Below the pieces are notes generated by a model, which searched no databases, had not been told where the DNA came from, and worked only from the letters and a program-made list of their open reading frames with translations. A stretch of DNA of 64,000 nt, taken from contig JAYWIR010000042.1 in NCBI GenBank assembly GCA_036172245.1, positions 868,001-932,000 on the forward strand, read 5' to 3'. Each line of letters begins with the position of its first letter. The first letter of the stretch is position 1. The translations under genes were made by a program, and so were the position numbers. This DNA is from Raillietiella orientalis (taxonomy: Eukaryota). Below are positions 62,441 through 64,000 of this stretch, piece by piece.

Positions 62441-64000
62441 GTACCAACATCTGTGCACGAAATTTGTGGAGACAAGCTTCAGAGTACTCGGGAAACCTTT
62501 TTTAGGTTCGGGAAGGGAAAGGTGGCAAGAGGGTGCTCTGTCCGAGGTTCGCTGCTCGAATGAACTCAATGAACAAACATTTTGAGAACAGCCAAGTTCC
62601 CAAAAAAAAACAGAAAGTTCAAGGAGAGAGGGTGCACAGAGACACAGGTCGGTCACTACAGTGGGCCTTGAACTGGTGGACGGGGATGACAAAACAAGAA
62701 AACAAAGAATGAAGTGCAAATGCAGGGATCTTCTTGACTTTGTGTCCCATTGCTTCAGGAACAACCGAGAAAAGCCCGGAACAAGAGGGAAGAGTCAGTA
62801 AATAAGCAAATACAGAGGAGCAAGGATAGGGACATTGTTCGCCGGCGTCGGCCGTTCCTTCCTCCCAGAACCTGCGCTGGATAACTCCGACCCTGATCTT
62901 GACTCCTTTTAGGCGGAGCATCCTAAAAGAAGTCCTCTTGTCATCTTGGCTGTCATGCGGCTGGCCCGCGTCCGCAAAACATGACAGACCACGACGATGG
63001 CGCGGATGCAACATTTCGTCGGGATCATTGTGCCAGACGAGTGTCCGCCGTGCGAGAACAGTCACCTCAGCCGGTCGTGGGCGGTGTCCTCCCGTCACTG
63101 GAGCGCTGAAGACAGCCTCCACAACAGCTCGCTGAGGACACCGCACTTCGAAAGCAGGCTGGAGATCGGTTCGATCGACCCACACAACCTGGCACAGTCC
63201 GAGGATGCACCTTCCCTGGAGACAAGGTGCCAGAGCTTCTTGCTGGTCGGCATCTGTCGTCACTTGCCCTTCGGGCAGATAGAACTGCATCAAAGAGCTG
63301 TGGCAGCCTCAACTTCTCCTGGTTCTGCAGCATCTCTCCCAAAGGATGGCTGAGGAAGAGGCTCAAAGGACGAAGTTCCACTAGGGCGCATTCCTTAGAA
63401 TGCAACTTAGGACACGACCTGCCTTCTACCTCCAAGAAGTGGAGTCCAGAAGGCAGCAGGAGATCCCCTGTTGGACTTCCAAGAGAGAGACAAGTTTACT
63501 CAGGAGGAAGGCAGATTCTTGCACCCTGGAGCAATTCATTGGCAGCAACGATGAAAATCCTTCTCTGCCGGAGTAGTGCCGAAGGATGAGGTGCGCAGGA
63601 GCACAACATGTGGATGTCCACGAAGCAGAGCGGAATTGGACGTCAGCCCTTTGATACGTTCCTGCCCTTCTGAAGCCGCGCTCTGAGTTGAGTGACTGAA
63701 GAAGGACGTGAGAAAATGCCGTGGGACGACTTGGGCACCAGTACTCTTTTTCTCCACCTCCTCTTGTCCCTTTTAGCCATCCGGGTTCGCTGGAGAGTCC
63801 TTTCGAAGGTTTCCTTTTTTTCATGCGCCCGATTGGACCGATCCACGAGAAAAGCGGCGGCCGCCCGAGAGGACTCGATCCTCCCGCTGAACTCCAGCCG
63901 AACGGTGTGCCATCGAATGAGATTTCAGCGGCGCCTCTCTGCGAGGTGCCTCGCTCCGGGGAGGGCAGCAGCGAAAGCGGGGTGGAAACTCCCAAGGAAG

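Noticed and set aside
1..64000. CRISPR arrays, prokaryotic operons or defence systems
   Set aside because: No regularly spaced repeats or dense ORF packing; the sequence is eukaryotic and repeat-rich.

Overview
Eukaryotic genomic window, probably from an arthropod and possibly a crustacean, judging by the 28S fragment and the transposon spectrum. It is mostly a graveyard of decayed transposons (Tx1/L1-like LINEs, hAT, pogo/mariner, piggyBac) plus pseudogene fragments, and no intact recognisable conserved gene is present. Best-supported structures: (1) five copies of a ~0.75 kb tRNA-headed, A-tailed SINE-like element, one split by a LINE 3' end; (2) a ~2.2 kb inverted repeat (44199-46396 / 49724-51914) whose arms each carry most of a spliced orphan gene (N-terminal TM helix, acidic/Pro-rich region, coiled coil), arranged head-to-head; (3) in the ~3.3 kb spacer, a 28S rRNA pseudogene fragment with a very long GC-rich D3 segment abutting a co-oriented LINE 3' end, plus modules shared with 38.3-39.5 kb; (4) a Tx1/L1-like LINE family ending in a conserved hairpin rather than poly(A); (5) a 435-bp deleted mariner with ~69-bp TIRs. 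All alignments and family assignments were made by eye, no database was searched, and remnant boundaries are approximate.
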